The notes under the pieces: model-generated
Told to the model about the DNA's origin: nothing
Seen by the model: only the letters and a program-made list of their open reading frames with translations
Database searches by the model: none
Source: a virus
Lineage: Duplodnaviria > Caudoviricetes
Length of the DNA stretch: 64,000 nucleotides
Strand: one strand, 5' to 3'
Virus record (IMG/VR): IMGVR_UViG_3300050510_000109
Location: 1-64,000 of that record
Translations under genes and position numbers: made by a program
Shown: in pieces, positions 9,172-17,748 of the stretch
Position numbering within the stretch: the first letter of the stretch is position 1
Layout of the letters: each line of letters starts with the position of its first letter

Positions 9172-10712
9172 AGCTCACCTAGCAACTTCTTAATTACTTG
9201 CCAGTCAAGTGCGATATCCAGATTTCGGCTTTCGTCCAGCGCATCTTCGGTGACCACATCGATAACGTGGACAGCGTTCTTTTGTCCGATACGATGTGCG
9301 CGGTCAATAGCCTGCTCGTTAAGGGCTTCTGCCCACTCACGATTGAGCAATATCACAGTTGATGAGGCAGTCAAAGTCAAACCCTGACCACCGGCCTTAA
9401 TACTTCCAGCAAATACCTTCAGCTTGCCCGCTTGGAAATCTCTAACCACTTGGTCACGTTCAGCTTTGGGAACCTTGCCAGTGTAAAGCCCACAGCTAAT
9501 TCCTAGTTTTTCGCATCGCTTGGCTAGTAGTTCGGCCATCTGGGCAAATTGACTGAACACGATTACTGGCTCGTCAGTCTCTTGAATCTTGGCAATTGCT
9601 TCGTCAATCTTACAGCTTGGCTCAGACAACTGCACGAATTCGAATGGGTGGCCAGTACACTTCACAATCTTCAGATCTTCACAGGGACTCTCAAAATCAG
9701 GAAGCTCATCATCCTCTTCGATCTCGTAAGCACTAAGCTCATATTCTCGATATAGAGGCAGACACACTTCACAGTTGTTGATGTGTTCCTGTGCGCACTC
9801 AGCGCAGTTTCTGCGCTTCTTTGTAGTCTTGATGATTTCAGCGTAAGCCGAGGCAAACTGCTGAAGCCTGGTGAGCTGAGCGAGGACCACTGGTGCATTG
9901 ATAGGGTCACTCTCGTGCTCACCTACCCAAGCCAGCATATCTTTCTTCATTTGCTGATAAGCCTTGGCCTGCTTGGGATGCATCTTGGATGTTATTGTGC
10001 TGAAGTACTTGTTCGGCAGATCCTTGACAACGTCTTCTTTCTTGACTCGACTGTAGAATCCACCGATAATGCTTTGCAGTTCTTCTTCGTTGTCCACACC
10101 AATTATGGTCCGGTACCCATCGTATTCAACCCACTTGATATACCGCTTGAAGTAGTTCCAATAGCTGGTCCAGTACTTCGGATACAGCCAATTGAGGATC
10201 GACCAAAGGTCATCTGGCTTGTTGAATACAGGTGTTCCGGAGAGTCCAGTTTTATAAAATGCCGATATTTTCTTGACTGCTTTTGTTTGGGAGGATTTTC
10301 TGTCTTGCAAGCTATGTACTTCATCACAAACAACATGAAACCATGGATACCTTGCAACGTCTGGCTCAAGTCTTACGGCTGCGTAATGCATAATGAACAC
10401 ATCGTAACCGACTTCTTGAGCCTTTTGGAATGAGGCATCCATGGCTTCCATAAACGGTCGCCTATTTTTGTTGTTAACAGCTATAACGTTCAGATGTGGC
10501 GCCCACGCTTTGAAGTGTTGAATCCACGACTCAATAACAGCTAAGGGACAGATAATCAGTGTCTTGGCTGGGTTATCAAAATTGGCTCTTCTTTTCTTAT
10601 CCAGTGCAATTGCGGTAACTGTCTTGCCTGTTCCCATGTCATGGGCAATAAGCGCACCACGTTTAGGTTCAAGCTTAGTTGCCGTCTGCTCTTGAAAGTC
10701 AAACAGTTCCAT
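9168..10712 (-). CDS. SNF2-family (SF2) helicase
   Basis: HDMGTGKT, CDEVH, GLSGTP, FSQF, GGQGLTLT, QAIDRAHRIGQ motifs. Confidence 0.9.
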   Translation of the reverse strand: MELFDFQEQTATKLEPKRGALIAHDMGTGKTVTAIALDKKRRANFDNPAKTLIICPLAVIESWIQHFKAWAPHLNVIAVNNKNRRPFMEAMDASFQKAQEVGYDVFIMHYAAVRLEPDVARYPWFHVVCDEVHSLQDRKSSQTKAVKKISAFYKTGLSGTPVFNKPDDLWSILNWLYPKYWTSYWNYFKRYIKWVEYDGYRTIIGVDNEEELQSIIGGFYSRVKKEDVVKDLPNKYFSTITSKMHPKQAKAYQQMKKDMLAWVGEHESDPINAPVVLAQLTRLQQFASAYAEIIKTTKKRRNCAECAQEHINNCEVCLPLYREYELSAYEIEEDDELPDFESPCEDLKIVKCTGHPFEFVQLSEPSCKIDEAIAKIQETDEPVIVFSQFAQMAELLAKRCEKLGISCGLYTGKVPKAERDQVVRDFQAGKLKVFAGSIKAGGQGLTLTASSTVILLNREWAEALNEQAIDRAHRIGQKNAVHVIDVVTEDALDESRNLDIALDWQVIKKLLGEL

Positions 10713-11038
10713 TAGTTATCCAATGATTGTTGGACCAATCTGTCAAGTGATGCCCTCGCTCGATCAATTCTTGCACGAGCTACACCACGATCCTCCGGGA
10801 AGGATTTCTCACGATGCTTCGTTGGCTCTGGCACAGTTCCATCGGGTCGTACCTGAACTATCCAGTCCCTATCGAACTTCTTACAGCGTTGATTAGCACA
10901 TTTGAAGACATGCAGTTTTCCTTGACGCCTGCTCTCCATCGGCCTCACGCCCGCTGGCTGGCCCAGCTCACTACATACAGGGCATCTTCGGGCCTGGTCA
11001 AAGGTTGTGTCACTCATGCGCTTACCCAATCTTTCCAT
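10712..11038 (-). CDS. Zinc-ribbon hypothetical protein
   Basis: CPVC...CANQRC. Confidence 0.5.
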   Translation of the reverse strand: MERLGKRMSDTTFDQARRCPVCSELGQPAGVRPMESRRQGKLHVFKCANQRCKKFDRDWIVQVRPDGTVPEPTKHREKSFPEDRGVARARIDRARASLDRLVQQSLDN

Positions 11039-11226
11039 ATCCTTGTGGCAGCAATCAAAGAATCCTTCATATCTCGATCCTGCGCAAAAGCTTCCACAAG
11101 CTTGACAAATGCATCTATCTCAAGACACATTTGACAATCTATTATTGCATCAGTCCAGCTTTTATCTGACAGGTCTTGACCGCACAACGATTCATTGGGG
11201 TCGTCTTCCCATACCCAATGGTTCAT
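11014..11226 (-). CDS. Hypothetical protein
   Basis: ORF in operon with a 4-bp overlap. Confidence 0.45.
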   Translation of the reverse strand: MNHWVWEDDPNESLCGQDLSDKSWTDAIIDCQMCLEIDAFVKLVEAFAQDRDMKDSLIAATRIWKDWVSA

Positions 11227-11516
11227 TTTGCATCTTCATTTGTGTCAAAGCCAAACTTCTGCCACTTCTCGTACAGACGTTGGCGAGATAGCCCGACCAT
11301 ACGAGCGATTACTACGGTTGATAATAGTGGTCGGCAACGCCACAGGAAAGAAAGCATCCTGCGATCATAGTCCTCTAGTGTTTCTCTGTGAGACTCTTTG
11401 AGAACTTTTCTTCCCTCGACCATTGAGGAGATGACAGACTTTAGCTCCTGTGCATTGCTGCTTAATCTGTCGAAGATCTCTTCTTCTACTCTAGTTTCCT
11501 GGTTGCTGGTTATCAT
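11223..11516 (-). CDS. HTH DNA-binding protein
   Basis: STVVIARMVGLSRQRLYEKW HTH pattern. Confidence 0.55.
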   Translation of the reverse strand: MITSNQETRVEEEIFDRLSSNAQELKSVISSMVEGRKVLKESHRETLEDYDRRMLSFLWRCRPLLSTVVIARMVGLSRQRLYEKWQKFGFDTNEDAK

Positions 11517-11754
11517 GAATTTCCAAAACGTTTAAGACATCGGGACGGTAGAACCGGTGATGCCCGCCTGGCGTCTTGAACGACCTAACCTTACTGAATT
11601 GTAGATTTCCCTCAAGCCAGCGGTTCACCGTTCGAGACTTTACTTTGAACAGGTCTGCTACTTCTTTGGGTGTCATCCATTCATCAGGATTAAAGGCATC
11701 AATTAATGGCACTTTTTCATCGTACAGTTTCTCTTCAAAAGTTGGTGCGCTCAC
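11491..11754 (-). CDS. BldC-like / excisionase (MerR-type HTH_17) DNA-binding protein
   Basis: MTPKEVADLFKVKSRTVNRW...FKTPGGHHRFYRPDVLNVL parallels the BldC pattern LTPAEVATMFRVDPKTVTRW...RTLGGHRRY. Confidence 0.75.
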   Translation of the reverse strand: MSAPTFEEKLYDEKVPLIDAFNPDEWMTPKEVADLFKVKSRTVNRWLEGNLQFSKVRSFKTPGGHHRFYRPDVLNVLEIHDNQQPGN

Positions 11755-11776
11755 TTTTTCTCCTCTTGATAAAAGA

Positions 11777-11904
11777 TAGCAGAAGGTTATTCGCGGCTGC
11801 TAGCTTTAGGGAAAATCGGACAAAAAACCCAAAGCGAGCCGAAGAACAGAAACGTTGGCTGATTTCTGCGTTGCCATGAGCGTGGCAACAGTTCCCTTCT
11901 GCTA
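11777..11904 (-). ncRNA. Structured leader/ncRNA upstream of the BldC-like gene
   Basis: TAGCAGAAGG/CCTTCTGCTA closing stem with three internal hairpins; contains TGTCCGATTT. Confidence 0.4.
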
Positions 11905-11918
11905 CGCCTATAAACAAC

Positions 11919-11950
11919 TTAGGCGTGAGAGCTAATGCCCTCACGCCTAA
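11919..11950 (-). terminator. Probable intrinsic terminator
   Basis: 11-bp stem TTAGGCGTGAG/CTCACGCCTAA followed by GTTGTTT on the minus strand. Confidence 0.5.
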
Positions 11951-11975
11951 GTCTAGCGCGGTCCTTACACTGGTG

Positions 11976-12224
11976 TCAAGCCTCGACCGATTGACGATCG
12001 CCTATGCTGCTTGGGGCTTTGATCACAAATGTCCAGTCTTCCGCAAATGAATTGTCTGGTAAAACCACTTTCGGTTTTGGTTTCTCTTCTACCTTAGGTG
12101 GCTTGTAGGTGAAAGCCTTAACTATAAAGTAGATTGAGAGTACTATGATCCATAGTGGAATCAGAAGTCCACATGTTGCTACTGAGGATATGATTGCCAC
12201 GAAGACCAATTTTCTATCATCCAT
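11976..12224 (-). CDS. Membrane protein
   Basis: N-terminal hydrophobic segment. Confidence 0.5.
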   Translation of the reverse strand: MDDRKLVFVAIISSVATCGLLIPLWIIVLSIYFIVKAFTYKPPKVEEKPKPKVVLPDNSFAEDWTFVIKAPSSIGDRQSVEA

Positions 12225-12240
12225 GGCAAGCTCCTGTATG

Positions 12241-12507
12241 CTAAGGGATTATCTTCCAGGGCCAGTTGCCATGACGCAAGCCGTCCGAGATGGAGTTGCA
12301 CAGCATAATGACTACATCTCGGTTGGTTGCGCCTTCCAGTACCATGTTATTTACCAACTTGGCGCAGAGTCCTTGCTCTTTGTAGCTTGGAGCGTAACTC
12401 TGCAAAACGGCGAGTAGCTTGAGATAATTTTGCCTGTGGTCTCGCTCGGCGTTGATGCTATCAATCATCTGTGACGGTTCCCTTCTTGGGGATTTCAAAG
12501 TTACCAT
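12241..12507 (-). CDS. Hypothetical protein
   Basis: ORF on the coding strand. Confidence 0.45.
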   Translation of the reverse strand: MVTLKSPRREPSQMIDSINAERDHRQNYLKLLAVLQSYAPSYKEQGLCAKLVNNMVLEGATNRDVVIMLCNSISDGLRHGNWPWKIIP

Positions 12508-12751
12508 CTTCAGATTTGAAGACTTCTACATAAGTAGAGTCTTCCGTGAGTGCATAGAACCTCAGACAGTCGCATTGAATAACAGAGTTGGTACCTAAAA
12601 TATATGCCGAATGTTTAACTATAAGTTCCACAGTTGGGAGGCACTGTGTCTCATAGTCATCGTGTCCTATTTTACAAACGGCTCCCATTTTCATCCTTTC
12701 ATTGAAGAAAGGGTACGTGCACCTATGGGCGTATGAACCAGATATTTCCAA
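12461..12751 (-). CDS. Hypothetical protein
   Basis: ORF on the coding strand; start probably internal. Confidence 0.4.
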   Translation of the reverse strand: MEISGSYAHRCTYPFFNERMKMGAVCKIGHDDYETQCLPTVELIVKHSAYILGTNSVIQCDCLRFYALTEDSTYVEVFKSEDGNFEIPKKGTVTDD

Positions 12752-12772
12752 AAGTAAAACGTACCCTTTCAG

Positions 12773-12846
12773 TCTCCAGGATGGGATTCGAACCCATACG
12801 TTTACCCGTTTTAAGTGGGTCTCCTCTGCCGTTGGGATACCTGGAG
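12773..12846 (-). tRNA. tRNA-Leu (UAA), short variable loop
   Basis: CTCCAGG/CCTGGAG acceptor, ACCCA-CTTAAAA-CGGGT anticodon arm, TTCGAAT T-loop. Confidence 0.8.
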
Positions 12847-12953
12847 GAAAGGACCTTGGCCCGCTAATAATCGCACAAAGCCTGTGATCTGTGTAATTCG
12901 ATTACTATCCGGCGCGGGGCAAGGTCCATATTCTAGATCGGGGGATATCGGAA

Positions 12954-13157
12954 CTACCCAAGGCGCCCGATCAAGTCTTGAATTATGAGATATGCAGTTG
13001 GTGGTCCAAATATCCAAGTCACTGCCCACAGAGGGCAGCTACCCTTCTTTTTGTGTACTGTTCTACCTGGCGGAGGGTTTCTGACTCTGTTGTTTCCGCC
13101 ACTTCCTGCCCTGCCTGATCCACGCCCAGATGAACTATAGCGCGGATTGCTTGGCAT
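12954..13157 (-). CDS. Small Gly/Arg-rich membrane protein
   Basis: Internal ATG (MPSNPRY) of ORF-track 12954-13226. Confidence 0.3.
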   Translation of the reverse strand: MPSNPRYSSSGRGSGRAGSGGNNRVRNPPPGRTVHKKKGSCPLWAVTWIFGPPTAYLIIQDLIGRLG

Positions 13158-13174
13158 TTTTGGCAATGTATTCC

Positions 13175-13810
13175 TTAATTTAGTAGTGCAGTATCGAGGA
13201 CTGTATAGGAACCACGAGAGATCCAAACATATCCGTCGTTATTGCTGTCGTCAATCTTGAACATGGTGCTCTTGTCCACGTCGGTGGCGAAGCCAGTCAC
13301 GTGGTTGCTAGCAAAAGCTAGAATTGGATTGTTGTTCTGATCGCAAATCTGAGCAACTCTAGCAGTACCGACGAACTTATCCTTCACGCTGCGCCAAAGG
13401 AAGTTAACCAATGGAACGCCACGATCGTTGTTCTTAATCCGAAGGTTGTAGAACTGCTGTGAATTTGCCATCAGGTTGTCCATGGCACCATCTGTGATGT
13501 AAACCGAAGTGAATCCTACGGTTGAGAAAAGGTTATCTCCACAGGAGACCTTAACCACAGATGAATCTTCGATCTTCTTGCCTTCGGCATCATGCCGATC
13601 ATATTCCGTGTCGCGGGCGAAGTCAAGACTTCTACAACGCGCCTGAAATACGACTTGTCCGTCAGCACCATAATTGTAGAAGGTGCCTGGCGTTGATCCC
13701 AACACCCGCATGATGTCGTCGATTTCCTTCTCGCAAGCACTGGCCATAGTTAGCGGCAAGGCCGAGACAAGAAATGCAGCAAACAAGAGTTTCTTAATGC
13801 CCGTTTTCAT
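13175..13810 (-). CDS. Secreted/lipoprotein-like protein
   Basis: Signal peptide MKTGIKKLLFAAFLVSALPLTMASAC; AGAGG SD. Confidence 0.6.
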   Translation of the reverse strand: MKTGIKKLLFAAFLVSALPLTMASACEKEIDDIMRVLGSTPGTFYNYGADGQVVFQARCRSLDFARDTEYDRHDAEGKKIEDSSVVKVSCGDNLFSTVGFTSVYITDGAMDNLMANSQQFYNLRIKNNDRGVPLVNFLWRSVKDKFVGTARVAQICDQNNNPILAFASNHVTGFATDVDKSTMFKIDDSNNDGYVWISRGSYTVLDTALLN

Positions 13811-13846
13811 TCGTCCTCTTTAGGTTTTATTTCTTGTTTTATTGCG

Positions 13847-13918
13847 TGCCCCCGGCAGGACTCGAACCCGCGTCTATGCGTTAAAAGCGCACAGCTAAAC
13901 CATCTCAGCTACGGAGGC
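13847..13918 (-). tRNA. tRNA-Lys (UUU)
   Basis: GCCTCCG/CGGGGGC acceptor, GTGCG-CTTTTAA-CGCAT anticodon arm. Confidence 0.9.
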
Positions 13919-13928
13919 ATCTATTAAG

Positions 13929-14945
13929 TTATAGTGTCCAGAGGAACTTTGTGTCCTTCAGCAACTTGCGATTGACCGAAGTTGACTGGATGAAGATTGT
14001 GTAATCCGGATTGAAGTTTGCTTTGACTCGGACCTCCACATCCGGTGGCAAGCCAATCAAGTCGCGCGCCTCACGTCCAAGATAAATCTTACCAGTCTTG
14101 TCTTCCATCACAGCGACAAGCTTCTGTGGCTGGATGCTTACTGTGTTAGTGAGTTGGTAGTAGCCACGACCAAGAATGTAGGTCAAGCCGTGATCTTCCA
14201 CAAACTCGCGGATCTGACAATCGTCTTCCACATCAAACAGTCTGTATTGCTTCTTCAGCAGCGGCTTGACACCCATGGCAGTGACAGTTTTCTTGTTCAC
14301 TGCATCAGTGCCGGTGGAGAACAGTTGCCGTGTTCCACGAACGCCCTGTGACCTGCTGGTCATATAGGCATCAGTGGTCCGTCGGATCGTCTCGCCAACC
14401 TCAGTAATTCCAGATTCTGAATTGACATTCCAGACCATGATGTTACCTGGCCTGAAACCCCACTTCTTGGCTTCATGCATAGCTGGAATATCAGGAACGA
14501 AAACTCCTACTGTCCAGTGATCTGGCTGGTTGTTGAGCAAATTAGCCAACTCACTTGGCCGATGCCTGGACATGTTCTCTTGACCATCGGTGAAGATGTA
14601 GGTCAAGAATGAGTGATCTCCATAAATCTCAGGGGTCAATGCAAGATCCTGCTGAGATTTAATGGTTGCATCAATCAGTGCAGTCATGCCACTTGTGCGA
14701 TAAAACTGGGAAATCGACGGGAGTCGCAAAACATCCTTGTCGTATACGACGCACTTGACCGTGTCCGAAAAGACGTAGATTGTGACCCGCGTTTCTTGGT
14801 CTAGTTCTTGCGACCTTCGTGCTAGATGCTTGACTTGATCGTCAACTACCTTGATAACTTCACTAGCCCTATGACGCATCGAGTCGCTTTTGTCGATAAC
14901 AAATACAATGTGATTTACGTAATTAGGGATACTGTCATTCATCAT
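13929..14945 (-). CDS. von Willebrand factor A (vWA) domain protein
   Basis: MIDAS DKSDSM, MTALIDA, IFTDGQEN. Confidence 0.8.
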   Translation of the reverse strand: MMNDSIPNYVNHIVFVIDKSDSMRHRASEVIKVVDDQVKHLARRSQELDQETRVTIYVFSDTVKCVVYDKDVLRLPSISQFYRTSGMTALIDATIKSQQDLALTPEIYGDHSFLTYIFTDGQENMSRHRPSELANLLNNQPDHWTVGVFVPDIPAMHEAKKWGFRPGNIMVWNVNSESGITEVGETIRRTTDAYMTSRSQGVRGTRQLFSTGTDAVNKKTVTAMGVKPLLKKQYRLFDVEDDCQIREFVEDHGLTYILGRGYYQLTNTVSIQPQKLVAVMEDKTGKIYLGREARDLIGLPPDVEVRVKANFNPDYTIFIQSTSVNRKLLKDTKFLWTL

Positions 14946-14970
14946 ATTCCTTAGGGATTATTTCAATGCG

Positions 14971-15043
14971 CACCCTCAGTAGGATTCGAACCTACAACAT
15001 ACGGGGTAGAAACCCGCTGCTCTGTCCATTGAGCTATGAGGGT
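14971..15043 (-). tRNA. tRNA-Arg (UCU)
   Basis: ACCCTCA/TGAGGGT acceptor, GCGGG-TTTCTAC-CCCGT anticodon arm. Confidence 0.9.
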
Positions 15044-15139
15044 TTATGTGTGACCTCAGCCCCTAGTCACTGCGTCCGGCACGATCTTGCACTCTTTCTG
15101 CATGGCTTCCATTGCCCGGATTCACGCCCGCCTGTTATT

Positions 15140-15286
15140 TTACTCGTCGTCTTTTTCCCAGTCCTCCGAGTCATCACCCTCAAAGGTGAAATCGGCGAGA
15201 TCGTCTTCTTCTTCGGGAGTGGGAGTCGTGATGGCACCTTGGTCACCAACGACATTTTCGACAGTGGGGATCGTGTCATCCTGCAT
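15140..15286 (-). CDS. 48-aa highly acidic microprotein (not in the ORF track)
   Basis: AAAGGG SD + ATG; MQDDTIPT...EEEDDLADFTFEGDDSEDWEKDDE; 19/48 D/E. Confidence 0.55.
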   Translation of the reverse strand: MQDDTIPTVENVVGDQGAITTPTPEEEDDLADFTFEGDDSEDWEKDDE

Positions 15287-15316
15287 GGGGTTTCCCTTTC
15301 TAATGGGCTTTTGACG

Positions 15317-15390
15317 TGACCCTAGTAGGACTTGAACCTACGACCTTCGGATTATGAGTCCGCCGCTCTGACCGGCTGAGCTATAGGGTC
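15317..15390 (-). tRNA. tRNA-Met/Ile2 (CAU), elongator type
   Basis: GACCCTA/TAGGGTC acceptor, GCGGA-CTCATAA-TCCGA anticodon arm. Confidence 0.85.
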
Positions 15391-15576
15391 CTATTTAGAT
15401 CCCCAATTAGGATCATAAAAGTACTCGTAATAGGTTGTCAAGGCAGACTCCTCTTGCGGAGGTGGCTTTGTAGGTGGTCCGGCTATCTTGCAACCGCACC
15501 AAGTACAGAAGCCATCTCTATTCGGAACATTATGTTGTCCGAAAGCGCTACCAGCACAAGTCTTCCATACACTCAT
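15391..15576 (-). CDS. Small hypothetical protein
   Basis: CTWCG motif; 4-bp overlap with the upstream gene. Confidence 0.45.
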   Translation of the reverse strand: MSVWKTCAGSAFGQHNVPNRDGFCTWCGCKIAGPPTKPPPQEESALTTYYEYFYDPNWGSK

Positions 15577-15953
15577 CGTGGATATCTACGAGATGGCGTA
15601 GGAGATGGTGCCGAAGGTGAAGGGTGAACATTTCCACTAGGAAGTGGATGTGCTCCTCCACCTCCGCCCCCCACAGTTTCATTGGAAGCTGAAGGAGTTG
15701 GTGTGGGATTCGGCTCTGGTGTAGGTGTTGCCGTTGGTTCAGGCTCTGGAGTGGGAGTCGGCGTCGGCTCATCCACCAGAATCTGGAAACCAAATGGTTG
15801 TTCGTGGACAGTGCTGTTACTAACGACAACGTTAGGAGTTTCATTGGTTGAGTTGTCGCTAACTACAGCAAGTCCACCAGCCGTGAAGGCGCTCGCGCCC
15901 AAAACTGCCAGAGCAGCCACGACAGGTGGACTAAGTACATCTTTGAGCTTCAT
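15573..15953 (-). CDS. Membrane-anchored Pro/Thr-rich protein
   Basis: N-terminal TM helix, PT/PE low-complexity linker; AGGAAG SD. Confidence 0.6.
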   Translation of the reverse strand: MKLKDVLSPPVVAALAVLGASAFTAGGLAVVSDNSTNETPNVVVSNSTVHEQPFGFQILVDEPTPTPTPEPEPTATPTPEPNPTPTPSASNETVGGGGGGAHPLPSGNVHPSPSAPSPTPSRRYPR

Positions 15954-15972
15954 TTCTACTTCCTAAATTTAT

Positions 15973-16050
15973 GATGGAATAGGATGTTCACCCAAGCCGC
16001 ATAACTCGCCGATCCGGAGTTCTCCTCCGACTTCTATTTCCTATTCCATC
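15973..16050 (-). ncRNA. Long-stem structured element downstream of Ro60
   Basis: Perfect 12-bp GATGGAATAGGA/TCCTATTCCATC stem enclosing 54 nt. Confidence 0.35.
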
Positions 16051-16094
16051 CCGGTATATTGACCGCGATCAAATCAATATACCCTCAGTAACGC

Positions 16095-17711
16095 TTAGAT
16101 CTTTCCCTTACTAAACTCAGCAATGAGCTTAGGCAGGTTTGCGTCAGCTCCAACAACATCCAACATGCCCGAGTCGTTCGGGTCGGCAATGGTGAAGTTG
16201 CTCGCAGTTACACCAACCACCACAAGACGAGATGGGATTCCCATTGCCTTGCGGTATTTCTGAAGGGCAACGTGCGGGTGGACCTGACCAGACCACGTTT
16301 CGTTATCGGTGATGACGACGAACGTGTCGATTTCTATGCCTCGACTGTGCGCCCAAGTCATTGGCAACGAGCAGTCTGTAGAACCAAAGTTCTGGTCCTG
16401 TACTTTGCTCATTACCGACATGAGATCCATGTTTGCATGGATTCCCAGATCCTTGAACGTGTGGGCAAAGCCCATGATGTGATGGTAAGGCTCAGTCTTG
16501 GCGATAGCCGTAGCCATAACACCAGAGACCTGAGCTGCCGTCAAATCAAGACCCATGCCAATTGCGCCGGACATGGAACCCGAAACGTCCAACGCCAGCA
16601 GAGTGCGCTTGTTGGTTGGCTCAATGTGCTTGAACGCCAAATGAACCCCGGCATCAAGTGCACTGAGAATTTGTGGTGAGGAGACCCAATCCTTGGCGTT
16701 TCTGGCCCAAGGATTGTTGCGGTCTCGCTGTCCTTCCGTGTGAACAACCAAAGCGTTGAGGTAATTGAGAGGGTGAAGGCGCGTGCGCGCAATCATCTCC
16801 TCGTTCGTCAAGGCATTGGCGTAATCCGTGGCGAACACCAGGGAGTCAAAGGCTTTGAGCCTTGCCAACCGGGTGATGTTTCGCACCAGAGCCTGACCCT
16901 TAAGCTGTCCCGTGTAGAAAAGCTTTTGCCAAACTTCTGGGTTCTTGTGGAACTTGGTCGGCAAAGCCTCCCAAGGCAGTTTGGTGCGCTCCAGGATTTG
17001 AAGAACATCATGGACATTATCGGACTTTTGAACTTCCTCAAATGCTTGGATGACTTCTGGAAGCTGACCAATGTCTCCGTCGTACTTACCAAGAATCCAC
17101 TTGGCCACGTCGTCATAAAGATCCGTGTAGAACTTCGGACGAGACTGACGTAGTGAATCTCGGTGAGTCCAACCTTCACGTTGGCGGTACTTCACTGCCT
17201 GATAAGCAATGTCCTCCGGCGTCTTGTCCTGGTACCAAGAGGCAATTGCCTTGTTGCGCGAGCTTCCCAAGCCTGATCCAGGAGCGAGCGCCTTTAGGAA
17301 GGACTCGAACTGGAAAAGGTGAGTTGCCGTACGAACAATGCGGTTCACTTGCGAACGCGCGTAAACCTTGGCTTCCTCGTTTCCTACAGTCATAACGAAA
17401 GCCAGAACGAAAATGGCTGCATCGTTACGGTAAGAACGACCTTCGTCTGAGATTTGTGCAGCCAAATCGACAACAGCCTTTGGCTGAGTTGCCGTCAAGC
17501 TACGTAGGTTGTCCAGATTTTGCTTGGTCAAGTCCTTCTGGCCGATGTAGTACGTCCCACCCTCGGAACCAAGGATAAGGAATCGTGCCAGCCGATCCAT
17601 GGAAGAGACCTGGAACGAAAAACCTCCGGCAGAGTTAGCGATTTGCAATTGGCTCTCTGGCTCATTCTGTGGAATGTCTCTCGTCGCATGCATTCGTAGG
17701 TAGTTGCTCAC
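16095..17711 (-). CDS. rsr: Ro60 / TROVE-domain RNA-binding protein (TROVE + vWA)
   Basis: NSAGGF, RLARFLILGSEGGTYY, KYRQREGWTHRD, LPWE, LHP, LALDVSGSM, TDCSLPM, VITDNETW, MLDVVG. Confidence 0.93.
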   Translation of the reverse strand: MSNYLRMHATRDIPQNEPESQLQIANSAGGFSFQVSSMDRLARFLILGSEGGTYYIGQKDLTKQNLDNLRSLTATQPKAVVDLAAQISDEGRSYRNDAAIFVLAFVMTVGNEEAKVYARSQVNRIVRTATHLFQFESFLKALAPGSGLGSSRNKAIASWYQDKTPEDIAYQAVKYRQREGWTHRDSLRQSRPKFYTDLYDDVAKWILGKYDGDIGQLPEVIQAFEEVQKSDNVHDVLQILERTKLPWEALPTKFHKNPEVWQKLFYTGQLKGQALVRNITRLARLKAFDSLVFATDYANALTNEEMIARTRLHPLNYLNALVVHTEGQRDRNNPWARNAKDWVSSPQILSALDAGVHLAFKHIEPTNKRTLLALDVSGSMSGAIGMGLDLTAAQVSGVMATAIAKTEPYHHIMGFAHTFKDLGIHANMDLMSVMSKVQDQNFGSTDCSLPMTWAHSRGIEIDTFVVITDNETWSGQVHPHVALQKYRKAMGIPSRLVVVGVTASNFTIADPNDSGMLDVVGADANLPKLIAEFSKGKI

Positions 17712-17722
17712 TTTTTCCTCTT

Positions 17723-17743
17723 TCAGTCACTTTTCAGTAACAA
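17723..17743 (-). promoter_or_regulatory. Putative Ro-binding hairpin abutting the Ro60 SD sequence
   Basis: Minus strand UUGUUAC-UGAAAA-GUGACUGA reproduces the bulged helix of the Y-like RNAs, 2 nt 5' of the GAGG SD. Confidence 0.55.
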
Positions 17744-17748
17744 GGATG

